The notes beneath the pieces are model-generated. The model saw nothing but the letters and a program-made list of their open reading frames with translations. It did not search any database and was not told the DNA's origin. From assembly GCF_902652985.1 (NCBI RefSeq), contig NC_047020.1, forward strand, positions 41,974,001-42,038,000: a DNA stretch of 64,000 nucleotides, read 5' to 3'. Both the position numbers and the translations under genes were made by a program. Positions 14,031-26,943 of this stretch are shown piece after piece; within the stretch, counting starts at the first letter, position 1; each line of letters opens with the position of its first letter. Source of the DNA: Pecten maximus. Lineage: Eukaryota.

Positions 14031-16159
14031 GTGTATGTGGTCTATTCAAAGGACTATTATCTTACGTTTTCTTAAATTGTAGAAACTGTGGATTGTGTTG
14101 AAATAATAAAGTTACGCATATTTATTGGGATCGCCAAATATTTTGCAATTGTAATGATTAATTGAATATCCCCCTGCATTTAGGAAGTTTATTAAGTTAA
14201 ACTTAAAATTTAAAATGAAAGCAACAATATTTACTGTTACCTTTAGTTAGGCTTTTAAATGTTTTCCATTTACATTTAACGCATTTTTGCAATACAAAAT
14301 TAGTGGAAACATCTACGGTAATCCAATCTCCAAAAACACTTTTACGGTTCCCCAGAAACCTTCATCGCCCGTGGAACTGTGTTCTTGTCTACCGCATCCA
14401 AGGTTTATTGAGACAATATAACCGTCCCTGTGGCTCTATTGCAACTTAATAGCTGGTGGAGAGAAAGGTTTCATGGGGAAATGTGGTTTCGCTAATATCT
14501 GCAACTCACCAACATTACCTACAATGTGTACATCTGGTGATAAGGGCATCTGTCAAGAAGATAGTAGCATTTTTGATAAATCATCCATATCAAAGGGGCG
14601 TAACGCCGATGCAAAACAAAAAAAAAACAAAAAATAGGAAAAATTAAAAAAACAAAACAAAAACAAAACAAAAAAAACTAAAGGAAAAAAAATGGAAATA
14701 AAGAGTATCTATATCTTTAAAAAAAGTTTGTTTGCAAATTTTCATTTTTCTTCTTTTTTCTTCTGGTCGAATCCGTCATGCTGACAGCTTAACATGCAGA
14801 TTGGGCTCAAAACACCAAAATGAACTTCGTAAAACGTGTTATGATGTAAATATCAACGCTGAAGGAAGACGTGTTAGAAAGAAGAAAAGGCATTTATTGA
14901 ATAAACAGCATTTAAAACTATCTTTGAGAAGAGTACACTAACTCCGATAACCTCACAGAAGATACGTTAGCGACTTATCATGGAAAACTTGCGTGCACGT
15001 TTATTAATGTCGCCTCGCTTTCGATAAGAACCATCACTCTGCCAAATAAATATTATAAGAATAAGGCAGGCTTGTCCACAGAAAACATTATCTAAAATTA
15101 TTTGTTTCTGGTCCCATTGTTTTCTCTTTTTTCGGATATACTGTACTTAACTACGCAAAATAATCAGTGCCAGGTTTGGGACAAAAACAAAAACATTATC
15201 TCTCAAGAATATATCCCGAAATGCGTGATTATCTGAAAGTCGTGAGCATAGCTCCATCTAATGGTTAAAATTTTAACACATATAGCACAGCCATTATCTG
15301 AAATGATGTCATAAGTATTAACAATATTTTAGACAAGGTTAAGTTTTCGAATGAAAAGATAAAATAGTCGTTTATCGCGGTTTTGGAGATCGCCTGCCAA
15401 TGTAAGATGCATCCTGAATTGATACAAATATGCCTTTAAGTCTTAGAACTGGCCGAAACCGAAACTCTGATATACAGCCTGGCATTGCCATGACAGTTTC
15501 TAAATCCCAGTGAGTTGTTAAGTCTTATCATGGTCGTCTTCAAGCATTAGACGTTTTTTTATCACTCGACCGTTATAACTGAGAAAGTGATAGATATATT
15601 GTGACTGAATATCTGAATGTGATAAGGAGGCAAATGCGTCAAAGATCACCAGAGACTGACAGAACATTCAGAATTCTTCTGCAAATTAAGTACCGACTTA
15701 CAAAACCATTTTGGCTCAAATGGTGAACATAACGAATACCATCATGCAACGTGTAAAATGTAATTCAAAATCTTATTCGATAAAAGAAAGATTTGATATG
15801 AACACAATAGAAAATTCAATGAAAGCTCTTGAACAAAAGTACAATGATAATATGATCAGATGTTCCTTGAGAGTAAGCGTCCTCCAATCCATCGATGACT
15901 TTTCTCAAAAATGAAAACCATGATGATCCCAAATCCTATAGTCATCTTGGCGCACATCATCGAGTGACCTTTATTATATCTCTTTTAGAGCTTTTTTGTT
16001 TTCTCTGTTTTTTCGTCGTCTTCCTCTGAATCATTTAAAAACAAGCAGAACTTACCTGCATCTGGGAAAGATCTATAAAGCACTCTCTGCAAAATAGGGT
16101 TAACATACTTCAACTAATTCAAGCTGGATCCAAATAAAATTTAAGAAATGAAAGACTTT

Positions 16160-16677
16160 TTGAGAAATAGCGATAACAAATTTGAACTGAAAAAATTCCA
16201 AATGGCCGCCTTTTGGTCATCATATTTTCGAATCATTTTCCAAATGAAATATTCACAACGGAGAGCCAAGGGAAACTTGCATGTGAAATTTGAGGAAGAG
16301 CTCTCCGAGAAATAGATAATAAACTTAGTCAACAGTCAAAATGGCTGCGTGTCGGCCATCTTGTTTTCCAAGCAGCCTATGATAAAGATCAATAAAATAC
16401 GTTCTGAGAATTTTCGGTAACAAACTTTAACATTTCAATATTCAAAATGGCCGCCAGTCAGACCTTTTTTCTGATAAGTCTCAAGATCTGTGAACAACTC
16501 TTTGAGAAATAACAAAAACAATCTATGACTGTCAAATTTCAAAATTGCCGCCTACCGGCTATCCTGCTTTGAGATCAATCTCAACATCGATTGTTTACAA
16601 CTAAGGTTGTAGAGAAACCTATATATGAAATATGAGAATAATCTATGAGGAACCTTCTGAGAAATAGCGGACGAACA
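16160..16677. mobile_element. Helentron-associated (HINE/pearl-type) non-autonomous element core, about 4 degenerate tandem units
   Basis: Recurring caaaatggccgcc..cggccatcttg, tgaaatttgag and tctgagaaatagcg motifs at irregular ~100-150-bp spacing. Confidence 0.6.
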
Positions 16678-17344
16678 ACAATTTTATTATACCTACACAC
16701 ACCACCACCACCACCACCACCACCACAAAAAAAACTATCAACAAAAAACAAAAACAATAAACATAATTTTGCAAATATGGATGATATTTACTCTTTTTAC
16801 TCATCCATCCAGTAATATTATTGTTATTAGCTATAATATTCATCTTCAAAGCCAAAACAATATTAAAGAAAGAAAAAAGGCTCGGTAAAGCTTAAAATTG
16901 TTGTTTTCTTGTGAATCTAATTTCGCATGTATGACAATAAACCCCCTTTGTTACTCCCATATTTGTTGTCATTTTTCTCTCTGGTCAGTCATTCGAAAAT
17001 ATCTCATACTCTGTCAAGATATTATCATTAAACTCAGCTATTGATACTGACCAGGAAGGAGAATGAGAGCAAGCATACTGGATATTACTAAAGCAATACA
17101 TGTCCTCTTCCGGTCCCCGCTAAAAATAGAACCAGTGATTCCTATGAAAAGTTATAAAGGGATGTTTTCATTGATGATTCTTTCTGGTGTTTTCCTGCCA
17201 TGATCAAAATATGTTGATGTACGTAAACTACCATACATGTCTTCTTAGATAAATATAATTTCTGTGCTGAAACTACAGTGTCTTTGTTTGAGATGTCTTC
17301 CGCTTATTATTATTATTTTTATGAGTATCTGTAAGTGAACTGTT

Positions 17345-17818
17345 AGTAATTGATTATTGATTTATAGTTTGATGGATTGATTGATCAATTGATTGATGAA
17401 TTAATAGATCGATCAATCGACAGAACTCTTTGATTTGGTTTCATTCGATTGATTGATTGATCGAATGATTGATGGATNNNNNNNNNNNNNNNNNNNNNNN
17501 NNNNNNNNNNNNNNNNNNNNNNNNNNNNNNNNNNNNNNNNNNNNNNNNNNNNNNNNNNNNNNNNNNNNNNNNNNNNNNNNNNNNNNNNNNNNNNNNNNNN
17601 NNNNNNNNNNNNNNNNNNNNNNNNNNNNNNNNNNNNNNNNNNNNNNNNNNNNNNNNNNNNNNNNNNNNNNNNNNNNNNNNNNNNNNNNNNNNNNNNNNNN
17701 NNNNNNNNNNNNNNNNNNNNNNNTGATTAATTTGATTTTATTTTATTTTATTGATTGATATGATTAGATTGGTTGATTGAGTTATTGATTAATTGATTGA
17801 TTTATCTATTTATTGATA

Positions 17819-17857
<39 letters not shown>

Positions 17858-17880
17858 CAATCGTTCGATTGAATCGATGG
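17345..17880. repeat. (GATT)n microsatellite spanning the assembly gap at 17478-17723
   Basis: gattgattgatt arrays on both sides of the N run. Confidence 0.9.
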
Positions 17881-18756
17881 AGTGATTGTCGTCCGATTGG
17901 ATAAGTTCCTCTAGTCAAACTAAAGCCTACCACATAAGCGCCTTGGATGTCAAAAATTCGAATTGCACACGTATTCGAAGTAAGTATCTGATGACGCATA
18001 TTGATTACATAATAAAAGATTTTCAGAATGACAAGGCACTAGTTCAATAATTTCCATTACAGATCAATAAGCTCAAAGTTCAATATACAAAGATCTTGCA
18101 TACGGAAGATAATTACGTAACAGCAAAGTCTTACATTCTCAGTAGACTACTTTTTTAGCATCTACATAATACCGTGGATGTCATTATAATCATTCACTAT
18201 TGTGATCGATTGTGTCAGACGGACATATAGGTTTTTATGGCAGATTCACAATCCCAAATTGATGTTATATTTCTGAAAAGCATGAACTTTAGGGTGCAGT
18301 GCGTTTTAAATGCCGGGAGTGGAGTGCATTCGTTTTGCGGCTTTGCGGATGTGAACACGGAATAATTTGTATCCTTTTATAGAAAAGACAACATCCTTAT
18401 TCCCAGAAATAGTTCCTTTATGACGTAAATGTATTTAAAAAATAATACAATCCACATACACCGTATCCGTGCTTCCGGTTATAATGTAATTCTAAAGAAC
18501 ATGAATCTTTATTAGTGTCAGAAATCTCAAACTCTCAGTAACCAAGGTTAACTTAGAATGTTGCTTGACACCATTTTACAGGTTCTGTATGTTTAATAAA
18601 TTGCAAAAAACTATTTTTACTAGTGCATTGATTTTAGTCACTTTTCCATTCAAAGTGCATACTTTTCTTTTTCTTTTTTTTTTCTTTATTTTTTTACTGA
18701 TTAATGTTTTGTTGAGATGAAAAAGAAAATATAAGAAGTATAGAATTCATAATGAT

Positions 18757-18975
18757 TTGTTTGTTGTTTACTTTGTTTGTTCGTTTGCTGGGTTTATCGC
18801 ATAATGAACAGCCAGGGTCATGTTTAGGCGGGTTCATCTTGTAGTAGTTGTTGACTACCTCACTGATAAAAACAACTCATGGGAGGCCCGTCGCATACCA
18901 TCCAGGACAACTAGGGTAAAATGTTTTGACCAAAGACACAACTGCAACATCACAGACTGGTCCGTTTCCTTGCTT
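18757..18975 (-). mobile_element. SINE fragment, family B (CORE-domain-like), tRNA head missing
   Basis: (tttg)n tail, the aacagccagggtcat tail motif shared with family A, and agggtaaaatgttttgaccaaagacacaac, which resembles the reverse complement of the CORE motif gtgtccttgggcaagacacttaacc. Confidence 0.55.
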
Positions 18976-19199
18976 TCCGAGAAAAAAACAAAACGACAAT
19001 GTACAAAGACTACAATTTGCGACATAATTTTTTTAGCGGATTTATTTAAGCATAAAAGAGAATATTTCCATTTAAAATCTGTCATTTGTCTTATTTGTAT
19101 CCTTTTCCAACTAAAATGTGACGGAATGTTGCATTGAATGGTGTTTTTCAACATACAAACACAGCTGTAAAATATGTCTTAAGAGTTTCACAAATAGCG

Positions 19200-19702
19200 T
19201 GACGGCAAAACCAATTTTACTTATGTTGACCTTGACCTTCCCGTGCTATATAGTACACCGATTCTTGAACATATCCAAGGTGCTTCCAAATTAAACATAA
19301 GTTCGAATGTTATCAAGACTACGTTGGCAAATACGACTGGTAGATTGATAGCAAAGAGTATGGAGGTATGATTTTATTACAGAAACAGTGACCTTTACAT
19401 TGGAGCAATAACGCTGATTTGAACATTTATAATGTATATTCAATGCAAATATACTTGTGATGTTTCATACAATACGCACGGTAAGCATGGGAATTACCGT
19501 GATGGCAAGTTTATGTTTCAGCAACAGTGATTTTTGTCTCATACCAGCCATGTTTATGTTCCAGAGAGCATAATGCAGCTCGATACAGACACCGTCTCTG
19601 AAATGACCACAAAATACGAGTATGTCCGCAAATACGCAAGTAATGGACGTGTGGATAGGCAGACAAAACATAAACAAGGTACCTTCGTTTTGTGAAGCTA
19701 AG
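19200..19702 (+). mobile_element. Highly degenerate Helentron-associated non-autonomous element
   Basis: gaccttgacctt and gtgaccttt core motifs, a ggac/agac-rich 3' segment, and a gtgaagctaa end. Confidence 0.35.
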
Positions 19703-19975
19703 ATATAAAAAAAAATGTCATCCCTATTTCAAAATGGCTGTAGAAATTTTGGATAGACACTTTAATAATTACAGTCAACATTTTAACATGACATTTGACA
19801 AAATAGATTATATTTCTTAATATGTGGTATTTAAAATTTCGGGAAGACGATTACCATATCTCGTGGAGAACGCACATTTTTACTCCTCGATCTACGGGTG
19901 GCCGATGGCAAACTGTCCCCTGCCGTAGTGATAATCTTCAGTAAAATCCTGTTATCCTATTAAACAGAGTCAGTA

Positions 19976-20375
19976 TGGTGTTTATTTTGTTTAACGTCCT
20001 ATCAACAGCCAGGGTCATTTAAGGACGTACCAGGTTTTGGAAGTGGAAGAAAGCTGGAGTACCCGGAGAAAAACCACCGACCTACGGTTAGTTCCTGTCA
20101 ACTGCCCCACGTAGGTTTCGAACCCGCAACCCATAGTTGCAGGAGCTAGTGATAGTGTGTCGGGACACCTTAACCACTCGGCCACCGCAGCCCCTAGCAA
20201 GGGTTTCGAACTTGCAATCCATAGTTGCAGAGCTGGTGATAAAGTGTCGGGACACATTAACCACTCCGCCACCGCAGCTCCTAGCAAGGGTTTCGAACTT
20301 GCAATCCATAGTTGCAGGACTAGTGATAAAGTGTCTGGACACCTTAACCACTCGGCCATCGCAGCCCCTAGCAAG
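19976..20375 (-). mobile_element. tRNA-derived SINE, family A, full length with the head triplicated in tandem (87-88-bp units)
   Basis: The minus strand carries three copies of box A (TGGCCGAGTGG) plus box B (GTTCGAAAC), followed by a single core and tail. Confidence 0.9.
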
Positions 20376-20896
20376 TGTGCAGTATAAATACAATGTTTGG
20401 TAGCACTACTTTTGCTTATTCTTTTTAAACAGGCATTTCAATTGCATAATTGTACATGCACTTTGACAAAGGTTTAATTTCGAATAAATTCCTAATTCAC
20501 GTGCTCTATGTGATTTAAATGTCAAATTAATCCGAAATAGGGTGATTTTAATTAAATTTACAGAACGCTTTAAAATGAAATCCAAATATTCATAATAGGT
20601 TCCTTTTAATGTTTTGAAATAGTGACGTTTAAATAACAATATCAAAATCCTCTGCAACATAAAGTAATGAATTCATTTGAGTACCAATAAATCATTTTAA
20701 GCATTATATACAAATTGCATGTGTCATGACGCCTTCCGCTGGGTGCGATATACAGTGTACGTGAGGAGGCTGTTATATAACTATTTGTCTCATTGTGGTT
20801 GTGCGCGGAACTGTCACCGACATTATACTGCAATGTCTCTGAGGCATACTGCCAAGACACCCAGCAGGACCCCCATCCCATAATATTTAACTGATC

Positions 20897-21104
20897 ACGG
20901 GGTGGTCAGGTGGTAACAGTAGTAATACGCTTGACTTTCACCTAGGCGGCCGGGGTCCGATTCCCCGATTGGACGTAAAAAGATATTGGGTCATCTGCTC
21001 CCATTGTCAGACCCTCGCGAAGCTTACATCCGGCCAACAAGAGTGAAGCATATAAGTTGATATAACATGTGTCGCAATTGTTCAATAAAAAAATAAATAA
21101 AGTT
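20897..21104 (+). mobile_element. tRNA-derived SINE, family C, degenerate
   Basis: Box A-like tggtcaggtgg, box B-like ggtccgattcc, and an aataaa-rich tail ending taaagttt. A weaker relative lies at ~48530-48738. Confidence 0.55.
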
Positions 21105-21124
21105 TGCTCTGCTTTAGATTATAT

Positions 21125-21270
21125 TTCGGACAAACCATTCATCATCCTTTTCTCAACACGACGTAGAATGAGTAGGTGCTGCCATGTGTAGAGACTTTGA
21201 TATGTCTAAACCAGGAGATGGGACCAAAAGCTTTTCAAACCGAGGCGAACGCTCATCTAAAGGCCAAACG
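21125..21270 (-). mobile_element. Degenerate SINE (Meta-SINE-like head and core)
   Basis: gactttgatatgtc..ccaggagatgggacc..cgaggcgaacgctc..aggcca resembles the reverse complement of a tRNA-derived SINE head. Confidence 0.35.
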
Positions 21271-22626
21271 TTAGGCATTCCGAGGGAGAATGCTTTTCAG
21301 AAAGAAGAGAAAAGATACGAACTACAATTAAGTCGTCTTTTACAAATCATTTTACATTTTTAAAGTATTTTTCTTGTGTATTTCCGAAGCAGAGACTAGC
21401 GTCATCAAGTTGAAACACATCAGTCTACACCATTCCTACTTGTGAAGGAGTTTCTATAGAAATTCTTTGTGGTATTGGAAAAAAGAAGAAACACAATTAA
21501 AACGAAACGAAATGACTTAAATAAGAGTAAAACGGAACGCATTTGATATCATTATGATAAATTTCGTTCGTTTCTCTCCGTTTTCTTATTTGAGTCTATT
21601 TTAGCGATACCTGATGACTCCGACGTTGAACAGGAATTTGTAGGTTTCCAGTCTCGCCGTCAACATACACTGTATATCAATAACGGAATTGTTGTCTTAA
21701 CACTGGACTGGTACTCACGTGATTGAAATGTGTTCAGCATAATACGGAGAATTAAATTTAAAAAAATGCTTCACACTGCACAAATCATTCGGACCCCAAT
21801 CACACACGACTAGTTAAAAGAGAATGGGTAAAAAAAACCATTAGGTTTTATGCAGATTGCTTTTGGTCTAATGTTGTTAAATTATATTGTTACTCAGAAT
21901 TCGAATGAACTTTAGCTATGCTATTTGGAACACTAATAACTCGAAGACCTCGTTTATCTCAAAGTAAAAGTCACATGCGATTGTAAATTATCTTTACAAA
22001 ATACACTTTTCGTGACCGCAGTGACTGTTTTTTTTTTTTTTTTTTTTTGGTAAATGGAAGCAAAGAAATGTATAACAAGCCTGTGCATAATGACTATCAA
22101 AACCTGATATGTTAACATAGTTTCATTCCCTCTACGTTAACTGTCGTCGTATTTATTTTTGTCTGTTTCCTAACCTTTGGAAATAGGCCTTGCTGAGATT
22201 CCTAAAATACCCGGACATTACATTATAGACGAACTAACATCAGTATATTTTCTTTATGATTGTGGTGGAAGGGAGATTGCCGAAAAACCAAGATATATTT
22301 GAGCAATATACCACTCGACAGATGCAACAGAATTCCAAAAGGTCAACAGAATCACGCTGAAAACGAACTGTGTTTTAATAATTCCTTAATGAGTCTGTAT
22401 ATACCTTAAACTTCCGCGATAAACAATAACGAGAGAGAAGTGTGATTTTCAGGTATAATACTGTAACTGACACCCATAGGGTATGACGTCATATTTGTAG
22501 GATGGGTAGGGCAGTAGTTCACCGTCAACGTGGCTGTTCAATATAAATATCATTAATCTATAACCAATTTGAGTTTAAAGATTTCAGATAGTACTAACAA
22601 AATAACAAGTCAGTAATGTTCACTCA

Positions 22627-22790
22627 AAATCGAAATAACGAAGACGAAAACGTCACATAATATCGACTTATAACGAACTCCGTAATTTTTATTCCAAATC
22701 AAAAAACGAGGGCTAAAACGTCAAATAATACTTACTAATAACGAAGCCGTAATTCTTATTCCAAATCGAAATAGCAAAGGTTACAACGTC
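22627..22790. repeat. Tandem repeat, ~68-bp unit, about 2.4 copies
   Basis: aaatcgaaataacg..aaaacgtc..ataacgaa..ccgtaatt..tattcc is repeated. Confidence 0.75.
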
Positions 22791-23037
22791 GCACTGGGAT
22801 CTTTAGAAAGTAGAAAGAGAAGGAGAATAGGACAAGGTGTTCAGGGATGGTAAGTGTCATCGACGATATTCACCATACAAATATATGTCAAATCCCGTTT
22901 ATCTTTAATAATAATCAACATTTGACAGTAAGAATGATTATGTAATGTAATTATGATCATTGAACTACATTGCTATGATATCAAATTCGAAAGAAATGAC
23001 ATTGTCACAGGCCATACAATACTGTATGTGCTTTTTA

Positions 23038-23140
23038 CGAATGCTGATTGATATGTTGTGAGCCTCAAATTAAAGAATTTGAATTTTGACGGACATTTTG
23101 TATTATGTTTTTAACATAATCCCATTCAGTATCAATCATT
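23038..23140 (-). mobile_element. Mariner 3'-end fragment (TIR plus end of transposase), same family as 27952-29219
   Basis: TA|cgaatgctgattgatatgttgtgagcct..gaatttgaattttgacggacat..aacataatcccattcagt is the reverse complement of ~29125-29219. Confidence 0.85.
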
Positions 23141-24622
23141 CCTTGTAGTTACTATTCGTGATATGTTTCTCAATTTCAAGGATTAAATGTGTCGCTTTAA
23201 CATGATTATAATGTCACGGCCTCATCTGCCAATTGTTTTAAAGACTGTTTGATTTTTACCAAAATGGCAATTCCAAAAACAAAGTCGGTCTAAAAATGTA
23301 TTAAGTTTATGGAAATTAGAAATTATTTGTTTGCAAGGTAAATAAACAAGATTTATTGAACTTGTAGTGTTGACAGTTATATACAAGAAAAAAGATAGAC
23401 AACACCAATATTGATAACGGCAAAGTGATCTCCAATCTCTAGCTAAAGCAACGCCGAGATGACACATGATGTTCCTATTGTCGTCCAAAGCATCATGCTT
23501 GGAGTATAAGCAAAACATAAACAATATAAAACATATCCCCCTGGACATTCAACTACCGAGAGCTTGTCACCAAGAGGTGGTCAGCGCCTTAGTGATGGGT
23601 AGCAAAGACATTAGAGTGTGAGACAATCCGCTTCCAGCAAATGGTCTTTTGTTTGCTTCCCCATAAAATATAAAGCGTTGATGACTGCTTATCGCCAGAG
23701 TGTATGTATTTACGTCATGTTAAGGACACCAGTCGAGAGAAATCTTACACATTTAAACGAGACGTGAAAGAAAATGTGAGATACAATTGTTTTTTTATTT
23801 ATTCATTTATTTTTGTTTTGTTTGTTTGTTTGTTTGTTTGTTTGTTGTTTTTTTTTTGTTTTTTTTTTGAAGAATTCAGAGTTGCTCACTATTTCTTGTT
23901 CTGTTCTCTAAAAAAAGCCTAATACAATTGTATTTACATATTTCTAGTTACAAATTCTACCTTTGGTGGATTAAACCGACCACATCTTACTAAGACGATT
24001 TTCATACACGTACACTTGTCGACGTAGTAACCACGGAATCCCATTGTTTTTTTTGTTTATATGGGACGTCGCCATGTTAAAATCTGTTGTTGTTTTTCCA
24101 CACTTCGTTTCTGTTTAAAGTGCTTTTGGAATTAATAGAATGTATTAATGCTCGGTTATCATAACAAAAGTATTTTCATTTCTTCTATCTTTATAATATT
24201 CATTTAAACGTTGTTATTAAAAAGCTCAAAGCGTCTTGACAAAGTACAGGAGAGATTGTTTAACTTCGCATACACCAAACTGTTAAACATCAGCAATGCT
24301 GCAAAGGGCAAACAGAAAAAAACAAGCTAAATATATATATAATTTCATTGAAAACTAGTACATAATCATTCAATTAAGCTATAGACTATCATAGGAAGCT
24401 AGTGCTTAAGCATACTAACAATATAGACACATACAAATAAGCTATACATTATCAAAGAAATAAAAAAAACAAAATCATACAAACAAAATATACAATATAT
24501 CAACATACAATAGCATACATGTAGCAGCACGTAATCTGATATCACAGACACCCAATCTAAAATATTCTACTAATAAAGATGTAATGAGATAATAATATCA
24601 CACTGGTTTTATAGCGTTATAA

Positions 24623-24899
24623 TATGGTTTTTTTCGGATTGGTATACGTATTATCTATTTTTAGCTCCACACCTGTTAAGACACGTGCCTAGAATTAAAG
24701 AGTCACTTTATCACCACCAATAACAAGCAAATATAGTAACAAGCGTGCATGACAGGCGATTTTAAAAATGAATATGTTCGTCATCTCGAGAGCGTGAATA
24801 AACAAAATGTTTTGTATTTTAAACATCTGATAAAAGCCAGAGAGACAACAGGTAGCGACAGGAACAGGATTTCATTTTCAGGAAAACTAACAAATGTAA
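24623..24899 (+). repeat. Long inverted repeat, left arm (~275 bp)
   Basis: Reverse complement of 26944-27221 with only a handful of mismatches. Confidence 0.93.
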
Positions 24900-26355
24900 G
24901 TATAACCAGATGTTAATGATAGCGTTAAAGCAACTGTTTTTTCGGGTGCTCAGGTTCTGCATCTAAATAAGTAAATGAATAAATAGATACACTAAAACAA
25001 TGCAACCCTTTGTTCTTGTTAATGTTATACAGGACCAAGAAGGTTACTTGTAGACCTATGTTATCAGACCTAGACTGATGATAGAAGGATAATAAATCAT
25101 TCAATGATGTCTTTACTGACCGAGGACCGAAAATGGGTAGACCGTCAGTTGGTGAATGTCATCAAAAACGACGATTATAGTTGAAGATTGTCTGGACAAG
25201 TATGATACTGTTCCATCAGCGGCGTGACAATCAATCCTTGTCCATCATAATACGCTGGTTTGTTTTGTTTTATTTTAATTTGTTTTTTTGGTTTGTTTGG
25301 TTTGTTTGTTTGTTGTTTTTTTTTGCTTTTGGTTTTTTTGTTTGTTTGTTTGGGTTTTTTGGTATTTTTTTTTTTTTTTTGTCATGATTTGGGTTCTGTG
25401 TCATAGATGTTTCTGAAGTAAAAATATATTTTAATGTTTGCTGTCTACACTCTTGAGGGTATTCATCAATGGTTATATACTTAAATCTCGAAATTGTGCC
25501 AACTTTAACAATAAATCTATCTTCAAAATAAGCCTGTAGTTACTACGAGCAAAGATTACTAAAAAAATCAGGCTTGTTTGAAAATAAGCCTTTCCTGAAC
25601 ATAGATAATATATTGTTCAGCTTATATAGTGTCCGATAGTCTCAAGGAGGTCTGATTATATAACATAACATGTGTCCATTGTTTGTTCAATACATTTTTT
25701 TTCTATTGTATTGCGCGAAATTGTGTCGATGACATATTTACCAACGGTTGATACATCGGCAATTGATACTTCACGGACCGTAGTTCATAAACACCATAAA
25801 ACTGGTCACGTTTTAAAATAGGTCTTTACAAAAAAATAAAAAATAAGCCTACTTACTCTTCAAAAAAATAAGCACGGCTTTTATGTGTATCATACGAAAT
25901 CGTCACGGCCATGTATTCAGTGCGAGCGTTTTGGCGTTGACTATCATTATCAAAAGGAAATACTTTCCCAAACATTTATGTTTTTTTCGTCCCCTGCTGA
26001 TGGCACCATAGTTCAGAAAAGAAAAGTTAGTATTATATAATCCTATTCAATGCCGTGCTATTAGTTTAAAAAAGATATTAAATGAAGGAAATGCCTTACT
26101 TGGCATGATAAAACCTTATCAGATATAATATTTTGAAAGTAATGACCATATTCTTCAATGACTTTCTGTCTAACGCTTTTGACGAGGGACACATTTTCAC
26201 TACAAAAAATAATCATGACGTCAACGCTATATGACGTCATACTAGTGTTATATTCTGTAGAAGGTGTGTTCCTCTATCCCTTTATAGGTCGAGTGGCATT
26301 ATAGCATACCATATTGCCTCCGTTGGCTAAGATAGAGATCGTTATTTTGTGTAAG

Positions 26356-26706
26356 CGTAAAAGTAGAGAGTATAAGGTCACCTGACTTCCTCAGACTAGT
26401 GGGAATTCCCCTTTAGCCTAGCGGTAGGATATTTGCCTTGAGAGCAAAATATTCTCTAGTTCGAAACCCGGCACGGGCAAGGTATTTTTAATTGCTCCTT
26501 CCTATTACAGATTTGGTGCCGTTGACCACTCCAAGTACATTATCATTGGAGCTAGAGAACCTTGGTTGTGGTTGTCTACGGGGGCGGAAACGTTTTGAAG
26601 GAGGGAGTAGTTTAAAAGTAGAGAGTATAAAGATGTTTGCCCTGAGAGCGAGGGATCGCTAGTTCGAGCCCAAGCAGGAACGTTTTCATTACTCCTTCCT
26701 ATTACC
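26356..26706 (+). mobile_element. Non-autonomous miniature LTR retrotransposon (TRIM) with tRNA-like LTRs, Helenus-like
   Basis: The 5' LTR (~26356-26509) ends ctccttcctattACA. It is followed by PBS TGGTGCCGTTGACC (26514-26527), PPT GAAGGAGGGAG (26597-26607) and an internally deleted 3' LTR (26611-26706). Box A TAGCCTAGCGG (26414-26424) and box B GTTCGAAAC (26459-26467) lie inside the 5' LTR. Confidence 0.8.
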
Positions 26707-26943
26707 TATGTATTATTGGGAGCCAGAAGAGTACACCATAATACTCCATATGTATGAAGTATGAAAAGCTCAATATGTGAGTGGTATCTAACACATTAAA
26801 AATGTTATTCCTTCATATCAATAAATATAAATAAATAAGCAGGTGGTATTCAATCTCTCAATCACGTCGTGGTCAATCCTTAATATCGCATGCTCCTTGT
26901 TTCCATTTGTTAATTGGCATATCGTTTTATCATCTGGTCATGA

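Noticed and set aside
26405-26480. Possible genuine tRNA gene
   Set aside because: It is embedded in an LTR-like direct repeat with a second, deleted copy, and the acceptor stem is unconvincing.
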